A DNA stretch of 64,000 nt from Octopus sinensis (taxonomy: Eukaryota): NCBI RefSeq assembly GCF_006345805.1, contig NC_043003.1, positions 114,638,001 through 114,702,000 of the forward strand, read 5' to 3'. Below are positions 62,514 through 64,000 of the stretch, piece by piece. The notes below the pieces were generated by a model. It saw only the letters and a program-made list of their open reading frames with translations. It had not been told where the DNA came from and did no database searches. Numbering within the stretch: position 1 is the stretch's first letter; each line of letters begins with the position of its first letter. The translations under genes and the position numbers were made by a program.

Positions 62514-62549
62514 GAAATGACCGGTTTCGCGTTCAGCTTTTCAAATTTC
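62514..62549 (-). ncRNA. Degenerate minimal hammerhead motif
   Basis: GAAAT-TTGAAAA-GC(TGAAC)GC-GAAA-CCGG-T-C-ATTTC; perfect 5-bp stem I; core substitutions C3T and G8A. Confidence 0.55.
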
Positions 62550-62566
62550 ACATACCAACTTTCTTA

Positions 62567-62604
<38 letters not shown>

Positions 62605-63207
62605 AATCGGTAAGTTGTCATAATAGGACTCAGAATTTCAAATGCAGGAGCTAAGAGCTACGATGCATTTTCGTCGGCTATATGTATAAACCAAACCGTC
62701 CTGTCTAATATATAAATCAATATACTTTTTAGATTGTTATACTTTTCTTCTTGCAAAGGTAACCTTAGGAACTTTGAGGATCTTTGCTTGTGGATAAAGT
62801 GTTTGGCATTGGTGTCTTCTATGGTATCATTGTTCTGTAAGTGGCAGTATTTGTCCCGTTACTGGATTTTAAAAGTTTTGACAATTTTCAGTCAGCGTCG
62901 AAACCTAGCATTGTTTACCATTAGTGCTCGTTATTTGCCTAAAGATCTGAAAAATAAAGCCCCCATCTTATCATTAATGAGTCAGAGCCAACAAATATAT
63001 GGCGAATGATCAATGAGGTTCATAATTAAAATAACATGCATAAATTAGGAGAATCTTTACATTAGCCAGAGAAATATGGATCGTCATACTTGTAAGAGTC
63101 AGAAGCAACAGCAATGTCGCAATGAATTACACAAAACATTACTAATACGGAAACAATATTAGTAAACAACACATTCATCTGTCTCTGACTTCCTCACTTA
63201 ATTCGTG

Positions 63208-63615
63208 GGATCTTTTCGGTTTAACGGCAGTTTTTAACATAATTTCTAGCTAAGAAATTTTAAACTTCGTATACTGGTAGAACGTGTTTATAAAACATCT
63301 TTTTTTCTTGGCTTTATTGAGAAAATTCTATGGTTTGTAAGATATTTGTTGTGTTTCTTTTCTTCAATTTCTGCAATTTCAACCAATCAGTGACGTCTAT
63401 TGAGTTAAAAAGCATTCTGTGCCGTATGAATATGTCCCTCGTTTAAGAAATAGATTGGGTTTATTTACAATTCTGAAGAAAAAAAGATACCCTTCCCATC
63501 ACCCCTAACCCTAAAACAGATTGAAATGCAATAGATCGATACTAGGGTCATAATTATGGGTGACAATTTCATATGACACCGCTAGAAAAAACTGCCGTTC
63601 AAACCGAAAAGATCC
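63208..63615. mobile_element. MITE with about 29-bp TIRs and an 8-bp TSD, copy 2
   Basis: GGATCTTTTCGG...CCGAAAAGATCC; TSD AATTCGTG at 63200-07 and 63616-23; colinear with 57762-58186. Confidence 0.92.
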
Positions 63616-64000
63616 AATTCGTGCATTCATAATGAAAATGATACCAGTTGTTAACTGCGAGTTTAAACATTATTAGCAATTGCTATCGCTACACATAAAC
63701 ATAAGCTATTATTTTATTGTGGAGGCTGAGTGTCCAGCCATCAGAAACGTAGCAGTGTTACTCCTTTCGTCTGCACTGAATAATAATAGTAACACAGAGG
63801 GGGGGGGGAGCAGATATTTCTTTTACATTCAAACTTGACGATCGGAAAACAGGATCGGCTGCAAACTTCACAGCAAGAAAAGAAATTACAAACAGCTCTG
63901 CACGAAATACGAAAAACATATTATCCATAATACAACACAGAAAAAACACACACACGTATACACACATCTACATATGTGTGTGCATTATATGTGTGTATGT

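Overview
AT-rich, microsatellite-saturated eukaryotic non-coding DNA, probably a large intron or intergenic interval. The repeat families look like those of an octopus (coleoid cephalopod); this is an inference from recalled family sequences, not a database result. Almost all ORFs in the supplied track are microsatellite or SINE artefacts. The window holds about 12 copies of a CORE-like tRNA SINE (family A) and about 20 units of a second tRNA SINE (family B), including a 7-unit tandem array and two trimers. It also holds four rarer tRNA-headed SINEs, fossil R4/Dong-, CR1-, RTE- and HERO-like non-LTR retrotransposons, a full-length mariner fossil, a maT-like fragment, Helitron pieces, several MITEs and foldback elements, and one plausible host exon (minus strand, 53357-53133). 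No RNA genes or CRISPR arrays were found. The most interesting signals are: (1) a dispersed set of minimal type I hammerhead ribozyme motifs with palindromic stem III, one with an intact core (55050-55174) and one inside a tRNA-headed SINE (30931-31161); (2) a stack of R4/Dong-like 3' ends in one (AAT)n microsatellite; (3) a shared 3' motif plus stem-loop, with compensatory changes, linking two SINE families to the CR1 LINE; (4) a SINE turning into a satellite.
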